Assembly: GCA_043228905.1 (NCBI GenBank)
Contig: JBHGNT010000005.1
Coordinates: 3,348,001 to 3,412,000, forward strand
Direction of reading: 5' to 3'
DNA: 64,000 bases
DNA from: Azolla caroliniana
Taxonomy: Eukaryota; Plantae; Polypodiophyta
The position numbers and the translations under genes were made by a program. Every line of letters starts with the position of its first letter. Positions within the stretch are counted from its first letter, which is position 1. The notes beneath the pieces were generated by a model. The model did not search any database. It saw nothing but the letters and a program-made list of their open reading frames with translations, and had not been told where the DNA came from. Shown piece by piece: positions 1 to 8,377 of the stretch.

Positions 1-344
1 AGCCAATGGCACATCTTAATTGGGACCCGGTTGATTATGCATGGCGGTTGGTTGGCCATTCCTCGACAAATGAACAAGAGAATCGTAGGATTCTTCCCTT
101 TTTCCAATATTTCGTGGCATAAGGCAGATGTTTTTTGATGCAACGTCATTGGATAAATACTGATGCACAAAAGTATTGGGAGTCAGGTGCTATATTGCAT
201 CAATATATGACGGCTTATTGGAAAAGTTTATGAACTCCACCATATATGCGGAGAGCAATTTCTTTTAAGTGGTTAATGCTTCATTATGCTTTACCTGTAG
301 GTTTTCATTTAAAAGGAGAAGTTGATGATCGTCATTGTGTGCGT

Positions 345-1041
345 TGTCGTGAAGAAAACCGCCCGCAAGAGGAATCGGAGGAGCAAGGCGTGGGAAACGG
401 CTCTACACACACACGCGCGCCAAGAAGTACCTAAGGACGAAGTAGGTACATACGAGGATCCTAGGTGGGTAGATTCGGTTGGTATGCAGTTAATGCCAAA
501 CGGCCTCTTGACGGGCTATGAAAAGGAAGAGGAAGAACAGAAAGGGGGATCTCGCGCGGAGAGGACGAAGTGCTGCCGAACCGATTTCGAAGCTCCTCTC
601 TCACTCCTGCTTCTCTGTCTTCTGCTCCATCGCGTACCTGTGCAGGTTTCGAGGAGGCTTGCGCTGTTCCGTGGAACGCCCCGAGTGCGTCCTGCAGCAC
701 CTCCGACCTGTTTTCCCCTTTCCGTGCGTCGCGACATACAGGGGTCGGCATCTGTTCGCCGCCCTGTTCGTTTTCGTTAGTATCTATTTCGTGCCCCGCC
801 GTGGGTTGTAACACTTTAGCCTGTTATTTTCTTGCATTCATAAGTAAAGATCTTTCGTGGTTGCGTCCATCTGTGTCGGCGTTTATTTGTGATCTCTGTT
901 TGTTGGGCCGTGTCCCTGTGCAAACTTCGGTTCTGTGTAATCGGGTCTCCCTCTCCTTCTCCTCTCTCTCTCTTGCTCTTCGGTCCAAGACCCCCGCGGT
1001 CCCTCCTCCTTTCTGCACGCAGGGGCGTAGCAACCCCGACA
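345..1041 (+). repeat. 5' LTR of Gypsy copy A (697 bp)
   Basis: Starts TGTCGTG, ends CCCCGACA. No difference seen versus 6773-7469, and the overlapping ORF translations match in several frames. Confidence 0.97.
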
Positions 1042-1045
1042 TCTT

Positions 1046-1063
1046 TGGTGAACCCGACGTGAA
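1046..1063 (+). promoter_or_regulatory. Primer-binding site complementary to the tRNA-Trp 3' end
   Basis: TGGTGAACCCGACGTGAA, 4 nt after the LTR. Its reverse complement TTCACGTCGGGTTCACCA matches the plant cytosolic tRNA-Trp 3' end as I recall it. Identical in copy B. Confidence 0.85.
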
Positions 1064-1085
1064 GGAGGCGGCAGAAGAGCAGGAA

Positions 1086-3212
1086 ATGAGGGGGTCGGAT
1101 CTCGCAGAGGCCATGGCTTCGGCCGTGGATCGGATTGTAAACGCGCGCGAGAGCACCGGTGCCCTCGACAGAGCTATTGAGGCGGTCGTCGGCACGATCG
1201 GCCGGTTCGATGGGAAGGATGCCACGAAGTATTTGGCGTCCTACGGTGCAGAGATGCTGATGCGGGACATTCCGGAAGAAAGGCGTCTTGCCGGATTTCC
1301 CCGAGTGGCGATGCCGAGCATCCATGCGGAGGTGCTCGAGGTGCGGACGGAGAGCCGTACCTGGGAGGAGTTCGAAGGTCGGCTCCTAGAGAAATACGGG
1401 CTGGACGACGCGCTCCGGCTTTCGAAGCGAAGGTTCATGGAATGGGTGGAGTCCCCGGGGAAGGGAAGAAACGCGTCGGCGCTCCTCCGGGAGTTCGAGG
1501 AAAACTTTGCGCGCCTTTCGGCGCTTGACCGAACCATCCTGGACACGAGCCGGGTCTTGCTGTTTGTCAAGTCGGTCGACGAGCGGGATCGGGAGCAAGT
1601 GGGCTTCTTGCTGGAAACCGAAGACGGGCTCACTACCGACTGGGCGGCTGTCAGGAAGGTCTGTGGCCGTTTCGACAAACGGCGAGAATGGGCGGATAAC
1701 GGGGCGACCGGGTCGGGCTCGGTCGCAGCAAGGAAGCTCGAACCAGCGCCACAGGTGCGCAAAGAAGAGACCCGGGAGTGGTTGGAAACCGGTTCGGCTT
1801 CGACCGGCGTAGTCAGAGGCTCAACCGGAGGAGCGGCGCTGGAGGAATTGACGAAGGCGATAAAGGACCTCCAAATCGCGCAGGCCCGAAGGGAAGGAGG
1901 CGAACCGGCTCGTGACCGACGGCCGGCGGCAGGAAACAGGTGCATGTGGTGCGATGAAGTCGGCCACATTCGGAAGGACTGCGGCGACTTCGCGGAGGCG
2001 CTGAGGAACAGGGTGGTGTACCTGTGGGAAGGACGGGTGCATGCCAGCGACACCCGAAGGGCCCTGAGCCGAAACGACGGAAAAGGCGGTATGAAAAGGG
2101 TGATGGAAGAGGCGGCGGCCCGACACGCGGAAACCGTCCACTACTCGGCGTCGGCCGGCATTCGAGTCGGGGGCGGCGAGGCCCGGAGGGAAAGCAAAGC
2201 CGGATTCTGGCCGACGGTGCTGGAAGGCCTTGCCAATACGAGGATGAAGAGGGAGGAATCAGACCGTGCGGAGAAACGGGTACGGGAGATGACCGGGTGG
2301 AGCGACCCGGTCGAGGAAAGGACGGGCTTCGTGGAAGCTGCTTGCCAGAACTACGAGGCTCTGGTAGAAGAGAAGCGGGTGGGGAGACCCGGGACGACCG
2401 GGCCCTCACAACGATACGAGACCCGGTCCGGGCCACGACGGGACGAAGCCGGCGGGGCCGGTACGCAAGATAAACCCCAGAAGGGCGGGTACCGTCTGGG
2501 GACGGAGATAGAAAGGACCACGGACTTACGAAAGGTCCTGGAGGAACGGATCCTCGACAGCAAGGTGGAGCTGTCGTTACGAGAGGTGCTGGGGATCGCC
2601 AAGAAGGAGTTCCACGACTCCATCGTGGACTTGGTGAAACGGAAGCGGCTGTCGACGGAGACGGAACCGGAAAGACCGGTGGAAGTGCGGACGACGCACC
2701 TAGACGACATGGCGCTGGGAGACGAGTGGGCGGAAAGCCACTATTCGAGACCACACTGGGCCCGAGCGACCACGGAAACCCCGGTGAAGATCGGCGATGT
2801 CCAGGAACCGGTGATAGCTTTGGTGGACCACGGATCGGAGATCAATTTGATGTCCATGGACTTCTATAAGAAGGGCAAATGGCCGATCAACACCAAGCAC
2901 GGGTGGAAAATAAGGGCAGCAACGCGCGCCACCGAGGAACTGCACGGGGCCTGTCCGAATGTGCGGGTCAAGATTGGCGACGTCGAGATTGACCAGCACT
3001 TCTTCGTGCAGGAGACGTCTTCGCATCCGGTCATTCTGGGAGAACCGTACATTACGGCGGCGCGGATGGAGACCAAGGTGCTGGACAATGGTTCGGCCTA
3101 CGCAAGGGTCAAAAGCCAAAACGGGCGCCATTCGGTCCAGTTTCTGACGGTAAGGCCGAACCACGAACGTAACCGCGATTCCCTCGGTTCCGAAAACCGA
3201 GAGGATTTTTAG
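1086..3212 (+). CDS. gag: Gag-protease polyprotein (ORF1) of Gypsy copy A
   Basis: ATG 1086 (MRGSDLAEAM) lies just after the PBS and matches ATG 11885 in copy B. CCHC knuckle CMWCDEVGHIRKDC. Aspartic protease segments ALVDHGSEINLM and VILGEPY. Ends EDF-TAG. Confidence 0.92.
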   Translation: MRGSDLAEAMASAVDRIVNARESTGALDRAIEAVVGTIGRFDGKDATKYLASYGAEMLMRDIPEERRLAGFPRVAMPSIHAEVLEVRTESRTWEEFEGRLLEKYGLDDALRLSKRRFMEWVESPGKGRNASALLREFEENFARLSALDRTILDTSRVLLFVKSVDERDREQVGFLLETEDGLTTDWAAVRKVCGRFDKRREWADNGATGSGSVAARKLEPAPQVRKEETREWLETGSASTGVVRGSTGGAALEELTKAIKDLQIAQARREGGEPARDRRPAAGNRCMWCDEVGHIRKDCGDFAEALRNRVVYLWEGRVHASDTRRALSRNDGKGGMKRVMEEAAARHAETVHYSASAGIRVGGGEARRESKAGFWPTVLEGLANTRMKREESDRAEKRVREMTGWSDPVEERTGFVEAACQNYEALVEEKRVGRPGTTGPSQRYETRSGPRRDEAGGAGTQDKPQKGGYRLGTEIERTTDLRKVLEERILDSKVELSLREVLGIAKKEFHDSIVDLVKRKRLSTETEPERPVEVRTTHLDDMALGDEWAESHYSRPHWARATTETPVKIGDVQEPVIALVDHGSEINLMSMDFYKKGKWPINTKHGWKIRAATRATEELHGACPNVRVKIGDVEIDQHFFVQETSSHPVILGEPYITAARMETKVLDNGSAYARVKSQNGRHSVQFLTVRPNHERNRDSLGSENREDF

Positions 3213-3268
3213 AGAGGGCTGCCAAGGCGTGGGGCCGCGACAGTCCGGACACCCCGGGAAAACCCCAC
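3203..3268 (+). promoter_or_regulatory. Predicted -1 ribosomal frameshift signal (slippery heptamer plus H-type pseudoknot)
   Basis: G GAT TTT at 3203-3209 directly before the ORF1 TAG, then a 6-nt spacer. Stem1 GGGCTG 3216-21 / CAGTCC 3241-46. Stem2 GTGGGG 3229-34 / CCCCAC 3263-68. The -1 frame is open from here to 6700. Confidence 0.8.
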
Positions 3269-6200
3269 ACCTGTACGATAAAACCGAAGAAACCTTGTAC
3301 CATAGGTAGGGGATTTTTGTTCTCCGGCAGCGGAGCGTGTACGATAGCCGGCATCGACGGCCGAGAAAAGACAAAGGCGGAGGGGAGACTTCGAGCGTGC
3401 GGAGTTCTCGGCCCTGACGAGGAAATCAACGGAGCCGTGGAGGTGGTCTCATTCGACGACACCTTGGGAATGCTGGGAAAGGTAGTTGAAGAAGGCCTTA
3501 ACGAAGACCGGACGATACCGGTGTGTTCCGAGGAGATGTACGGAGTCATCGCGGACTTCGGTCGAGGGCTCGAGTCAGTTCGGACGGCCCACGTAAGCAC
3601 CAAGTACAAGACTGTGGACCGGAAGGTAAGGCCAGTCGCGGCACCCCTACCGGAGGACAGCGCGTCGAGAATCAAAGGGGTTGCATCGGACCCTAGTCTA
3701 CGAGATCCGGCCTGCATAGGACACACCTTCACCGACGAGACGCTCCGAGAGCTCAAAATCGGTGGGGGCGGGTTCCTACTGCCGGCGGAGGAAGACCGGT
3801 TTCGGGGAATGCTCGGAAGGCACGGGAAAGCCTTCGCATTCTCGCCGGAGGAAATCGGGTGCGTTGACCCGACGATCGTGGAGCCGATGGTGATATTCAC
3901 GGTACCGCATGTACCATGGAATCTCAAGCCAATCCCGGTTCCGAGAGCTCACATCCCGAAGTTGATGGAGCTGCTGAGGCAGAAAGTTGATATGGGAATT
4001 CTCGAGCCGTCGAGCGCCCCATATTCGAATCGATGGTTTACCGTACCGAAGAAAAACGGTTCGTTGCGCTTCATCCAGGACCTGCAGCCGGTCAATCGAG
4101 TGACGATTCGGAACGCAGGGATCGGACCGACCATAGACGAGTTCGCGGAGGCCTTCGCCGGAAGGTCAATTTACTCGGTCGGGGATCTATACTCAGGGTA
4201 CGACCAGTTCCAGCTAGCCGTGGAGAGCAGAGACATTACGACGATGCGAACTCCCCTTGGCCTAGTTCGGATGTGTACACTGCCGCAAGGAGGGACCAAC
4301 TCGGTGGCCCACATGGTGAATGCGATGAACAAGGTTCTGAGGGACTGTATCCCGGACATCACCATGCCGTTTCTGGACGACATTCCGATCAAGGGATGCC
4401 CGGTGGAAGAAAAGGACGAGACGATCGGGCCGGACGGATGCCGGCGATTCGTGGCGACGCACATCGACGACTGCGAGAAGGTGCTGCAAAAGCTAGAGGA
4501 TGCGAGACTCACCTTCTCCGGAGAGAAGTCGGCCTTCGGGCAGTCAGAAATCATGGTGGTCGGACACCTGTGCGGACCATATGGCCGGAAACCGTCTCCG
4601 GCAAAGGTAGAAGCCATCTCCGCGATGAAGCCCGACTGCAGCTCTGTCACGGAAGTACGGAGATTCCTGGGGGCATGCGCGTTCTACCACATATGGATCC
4701 CGCATTACGCACACGTCGCTGAGCCACTGTACGGGTTGCTGAAAAAAGGGCGAAGGTTCGAATGGCTAGACGAGCACGCGGAATCGGTCCGGAAGCTGAA
4801 AGAGGCTCTTGCAGCGGCACCGGCACTTCGGAAGGCGGTATACGGGAAGGGCGCCCCGGTATTCATAACGGTGGATACCAGTCCGACCGGGATCGGATGG
4901 GTCGTGAACCAGGAAGACGAGGACGGCAGTCGGTTTCCGATCCGATTCGGCGCGAAAGTCCTCAGTGAACGGCAGCGAGGATACGCCCAGGTTAAACGCG
5001 AACTCTGGGGTATTGTTTCGGCGGTTAAGGCCGACAAAGACTACCTGATAGGGACAGAAGTGATCATCGAGACGGATTGCCTGCCGATTCTCGGTATGGT
5101 TTCCGGATGCGCGACTCCGGACCTGGCGATGCTCAGGTGGATAGCGTACATCAAGTCCCTGGACCCGGAAATACGACACATTTCCGGGAAAGACAACGCC
5201 ATGGCCGACATGCTTTCAAGAGCGAGGTTCGACGACGAGGGCGGCATGGTTTCGGAAGACGAGGAAGTCGGCGTGGATTTCTTCGAGGCGGCATACATGA
5301 CGACCGACGGGATGAGCACTCCGGCGCTTAACGAGTTCGACGCGAGCAAGTACGACGGGGAGTGGCTGCAGATCGGCGGGTTTTTGAAGACAATGACGCC
5401 CGATGCGTCATGGACGAAGGACCAGGCCAACCGGATCCGGAAGAAAGCATATCGATTCTTTCTCCGAGATGGGCATTTGTGGAAGCACCCGAAGAAGAGG
5501 AACGGCGTCCCGCTCCGGGTGGTGGCGATGAAGGAAGAACAGGAGGAGCTACTGGCGGCCTACCATGACAGCCCTTGGGCTGGACACCGTGGAACGTGGG
5601 CGACATTTGAGAAGCTGAAGGGGAAGTACTGGTGGCCGGGATTGTACCGGGACGTGCATCGGTTCGTGTCAACTTGCGAGAGTTGTCAGATGCACTCGAT
5701 AGTCCGACACCGGGACGGGCTTCGCCCTACGTACCCTCCGACTATCCACTTCAAATGGATGGTAGATCTAGTTACGATGCCGATGGGGGTAGGACAGATG
5801 CGGTATCTGGTCCTAGCGCGGGAAGACCTGACGAACCAGGTGGAAGGCCGAGCCCTTCAGAATAAGACGACCGCGGCCGTGTGTCGGTTCCTGATCGAGG
5901 ACGTGATATGCCGGTACGGGTGCGTCGGGAAGATCATGGCTGACCGAGGGGAGTTGGACACCGAGGAAGCCACGGAGTTGTTTGATCGGCTGGGAGTCAA
6001 GCTCTCGCTCACCACTGCGTACAACCCGGAGGCGAATGGAAAGGTGGAGCGCGGACACGGGCCGATCGTTAAAGCGCTGGTTCGGGCGTGCGGGGGCCAA
6101 ATCGGTAACTGGCCGCGACTTCTACCTTATGCTTTGTGGGCCGACCGGACTACGCACAGTTCGGTAACCGGGTACATGCCGACAGAGCTCATGTTCGGCC

Positions 6201-6700
6201 AGAAGCCGATCATGCCGATGGAACGAACAATCTCCTCATGGGCAACGGTCGACTGGAGGGACGAGATGAGCCGGGAGGACTTGTTGGCAGCGCGTATACG
6301 ACAACTCGAACGGAGACCGGAGGACGTGGAGACGGCTGCAGAAAGGATCCGAGTGGCGAGGATAAAGAACAAAGCCAGGTTCGACCGAACGCACCGACTC
6401 CGACCGAAGAAGATCGAACAAGGTGACTGGGTGCTCGTCTACGACAGCAGCCTCGACAACCAGCACCGAGCAACGCGGAAGTTCGCGCGGAGATGGTTCG
6501 GGCCGTACACGGTACAGAGCGCCAACGACAACGGGACGTATCATCTGGCGGAACTCGACGGTACGAGAATAGCGATACCCGTGGCCGGGAAGAGGATCAA
6601 AGCTTTCAAGAAGCGGCACGACGACGAACCCGACCCGATTCTCCTGGACAGCAGCGACGACCGATCCGAGGCCGAGGAAGGGCCGGCAGGCGAAGAGTAA
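3203..6700 (+). CDS. pol: Pol (reverse transcriptase, RNase H, integrase) in the -1 frame relative to gag-PR
   Basis: RT motifs LPQGGTNS and FLDD. RNase H ITVDTSPTGIG. Integrase HHCC (YHDSPWAGHRG...CESC), D-D-E core and RRWFGPY module. No chromodomain. No stop from 3203 to 6700. Confidence 0.95.
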   Translation, partial: GFLERAAKAWGRDSPDTPGKPHTCTIKPKKPCTIGRGFLFSGSGACTIAGIDGREKTKAEGRLRACGVLGPDEEINGAVEVVSFDDTLGMLGKVVEEGLNEDRTIPVCSEEMYGVIADFGRGLESVRTAHVSTKYKTVDRKVRPVAAPLPEDSASRIKGVASDPSLRDPACIGHTFTDETLRELKIGGGGFLLPAEEDRFRGMLGRHGKAFAFSPEEIGCVDPTIVEPMVIFTVPHVPWNLKPIPVPRAHIPKLMELLRQKVDMGILEPSSAPYSNRWFTVPKKNGSLRFIQDLQPVNRVTIRNAGIGPTIDEFAEAFAGRSIYSVGDLYSGYDQFQLAVESRDITTMRTPLGLVRMCTLPQGGTNSVAHMVNAMNKVLRDCIPDITMPFLDDIPIKGCPVEEKDETIGPDGCRRFVATHIDDCEKVLQKLEDARLTFSGEKSAFGQSEIMVVGHLCGPYGRKPSPAKVEAISAMKPDCSSVTEVRRFLGACAFYHIWIPHYAHVAEPLYGLLKKGRRFEWLDEHAESVRKLKEALAAAPALRKAVYGKGAPVFITVDTSPTGIGWVVNQEDEDGSRFPIRFGAKVLSERQRGYAQVKRELWGIVSAVKADKDYLIGTEVIIETDCLPILGMVSGCATPDLAMLRWIAYIKSLDPEIRHISGKDNAMADMLSRARFDDEGGMVSEDEEVGVDFFEAAYMTTDGMSTPALNEFDASKYDGEWLQIGGFLKTMTPDASWTKDQANRIRKKAYRFFLRDGHLWKHPKKRNGVPLRVVAMKEEQEELLAAYHDSPWAGHRGTWATFEKLKGKYWWPGLYRDVHRFVSTCESCQMHSIVRHRDGLRPTYPPTIHFKWMVDLVTMPMGVGQMRYLVLAREDLTNQVEGRALQNKTTAAVCRFLIEDVICRYGCVGKIMADRGELDTEEATELFDRLGVKLSLTTAYNPEANGKVERGHGPIVKALVRACGGQIGNWPRLLPYALWADRTTHSSVTGYMPTELMFGQKPIMPMERTISSWATVDWRDEMSREDLLAARIRQLERRPEDVETAAERIRVARIKNKARFDRTHRLRPKKIEQGDWVLVYDSSLDNQHRATRKFARRWFGPYTVQSANDNGTYHLAELDGTRIAIPVAGKRIKAFKKRHDDEPDPILLDSSDDRSEAEEGPAGEE

Positions 6701-6759
6701 AGGCGGGCCGGTTTTCTCCGTGCCGACTTAATTTGGCGCATGCCGGTGGATGCGCGGTT

Positions 6760-6772
6760 AGGTGGGGGCGGA
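6760..6772 (+). promoter_or_regulatory. Polypurine tract of Gypsy copy A
   Basis: AGGTGGGGGCGGA immediately before the 3' LTR. Identical at 17567-17579 in copy B. Confidence 0.85.
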
Positions 6773-7469
6773 TGTCGTGAAGAAAACCGCCCGCAAGAGG
6801 AATCGGAGGAGCAAGGCGTGGGAAACGGCTCTACACACACACGCGCGCCAAGAAGTACCTAAGGACGAAGTAGGTACATACGAGGATCCTAGGTGGGTAG
6901 ATTCGGTTGGTATGCAGTTAATGCCAAACGGCCTCTTGACGGGCTATGAAAAGGAAGAGGAAGAACAGAAAGGGGGATCTCGCGCGGAGAGGACGAAGTG
7001 CTGCCGAACCGATTTCGAAGCTCCTCTCTCACTCCTGCTTCTCTGTCTTCTGCTCCATCGCGTACCTGTGCAGGTTTCGAGGAGGCTTGCGCTGTTCCGT
7101 GGAACGCCCCGAGTGCGTCCTGCAGCACCTCCGACCTGTTTTCCCCTTTCCGTGCGTCGCGACATACAGGGGTCGGCATCTGTTCGCCGCCCTGTTCGTT
7201 TTCGTTAGTATCTATTTCGTGCCCCGCCGTGGGTTGTAACACTTTAGCCTGTTATTTTCTTGCATTCATAAGTAAAGATCTTTCGTGGTTGCGTCCATCT
7301 GTGTCGGCGTTTATTTGTGATCTCTGTTTGTTGGGCCGTGTCCCTGTGCAAACTTCGGTTCTGTGTAATCGGGTCTCCCTCTCCTTCTCCTCTCTCTCTC
7401 TTGCTCTTCGGTCCAAGACCCCCGCGGTCCCTCCTCCTTTCTGCACGCAGGGGCGTAGCAACCCCGACA
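6773..7469 (+). repeat. 3' LTR of Gypsy copy A
   Basis: Direct repeat of 345-1041, followed by TSD GCGT. Confidence 0.97.
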
Positions 7470-7673
7470 GCGTTGCCAAGTACAAGAGGAAACTTTGAAA
7501 CATTTGTTTTGGACTTGTAGTGTAGCTCGAAAGTATTGGGGAAGAATATTGAGGATGTTTTCTTGTAAATATAAGGGAGTCGTTTTTACATGGCGGGTTG
7601 TTTTCTGGGGGTCTTTGGATGTGCATGTATCTTTGTACAAGGTGGAGAAATGCGTGGAAGCATTGCATGTGTC

Positions 7674-8377
7674 TGACGGGAACTAATAGTTCCTTATGCG
7701 CAGCGCTCGGCCACAACCGAGCTTAGAATCATACACAGAAAACGGGAAATAATGAACGACACGAAGAGGAGACGAGTACACATGATGTTTATGTGGAAAA
7801 CCCAAACAGGGAAAAAACCACGGCAGCCCACAGGCTGCAAACTATCACTATGTTAGAATGTACAACAGTGAGTTCACGGAGGCAACAACCTCGTGCTCAC
7901 AATCTTCGCCACAGGCGGCGGTTACAACAGAGGCAACGACCTCTTTCTCTCTCTCTCTCTCTGTACACAGTTACGTGCTCTCTCTCTTTCCTTGCACCAA
8001 CAAGGATGACAACAACAGTAACTAAAAGTTTGCCCTAAGTCATATTTATACTAATATGACTTTTCGGCTATTTACAAATATAGCCTCGATGGACTCTCAG
8101 AAACATATTTACGAATGTGTCTCTTCATCCGGTTTCGGCATTCCTCATCGAGTTTGCGCCATCCGGCTCTCCGTAGCCGGGTACTCCTCATCCGGTTCTC
8201 ACCGGGTCTGCGCCATCCGGCTCTCCGTAGCCGGGTACTCCTTATCCGGTTCTCACCGGGTCTGCGCCATCCGGCTCTCCGTAGCCGGGTACTCCTCATC
8301 CGGTTTCGGCCTCGGCCGAGTTTGTTCATCGGCACTATACTTCTCCCTTCCCATCCGGAGGGACCTGTCTCCCAACA
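7674..8377 (-). mobile_element. Solo LTR of a Ty1/Copia family related to the element at 60084-64000
   Basis: TG...CA ends. 5-bp TSD GTGTC at 7669-7673 and 8378-8382. Shares long blocks with LTR 60084-60822 (GCTCGGCCACAACCGAG, TCTTCGCCACAGGCGGCGG, GTTTGCCCTAAGTCATATTTATAC, CATCCGGAGGGACC). Confidence 0.9.
8143..8305. repeat. 54-bp tandem repeat (about 3 copies) inside the solo LTR
   Basis: GCGCCATCCGGCTCTCCGTAGCCGGGTACTCC recurs at 8156, 8210 and 8264. Confidence 0.92.

Larger units (their letters stand above)
345..7469 (+). mobile_element. Full-length, intact Ty3/Gypsy LTR retrotransposon without chromodomain (copy A)
   Basis: TG...CA LTRs at 345-1041 and 6773-7469. 4-bp TSD GCGT at 341-344 and 7470-7473. 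PBS, PPT and uninterrupted gag-PR and RT-RH-INT frames in Gypsy order. Confidence 0.98.

Noticed and set aside
570-1085. 172 open codons in the 5' LTR, in frame with gag (880-aa ORF)
   Set aside because: It starts at GTG, and copy B has a TAG just before its gag ATG and a remodelled LTR. The start shared by both copies is the ATG after the PBS.
1241-6619. Many long antisense and alternative-frame ORFs in the Gypsy (and likewise in the Copia elements)
   Set aside because: Expected in GC-rich coding DNA. No recognisable domains, and their recurrence in copy B follows from sense-frame conservation.
8143-8305. CRISPR-like appearance of palindromic repeats (also 60561-60745)
   Set aside because: Head-to-tail units with no unique spacers, inside eukaryotic LTRs, and no cas genes.
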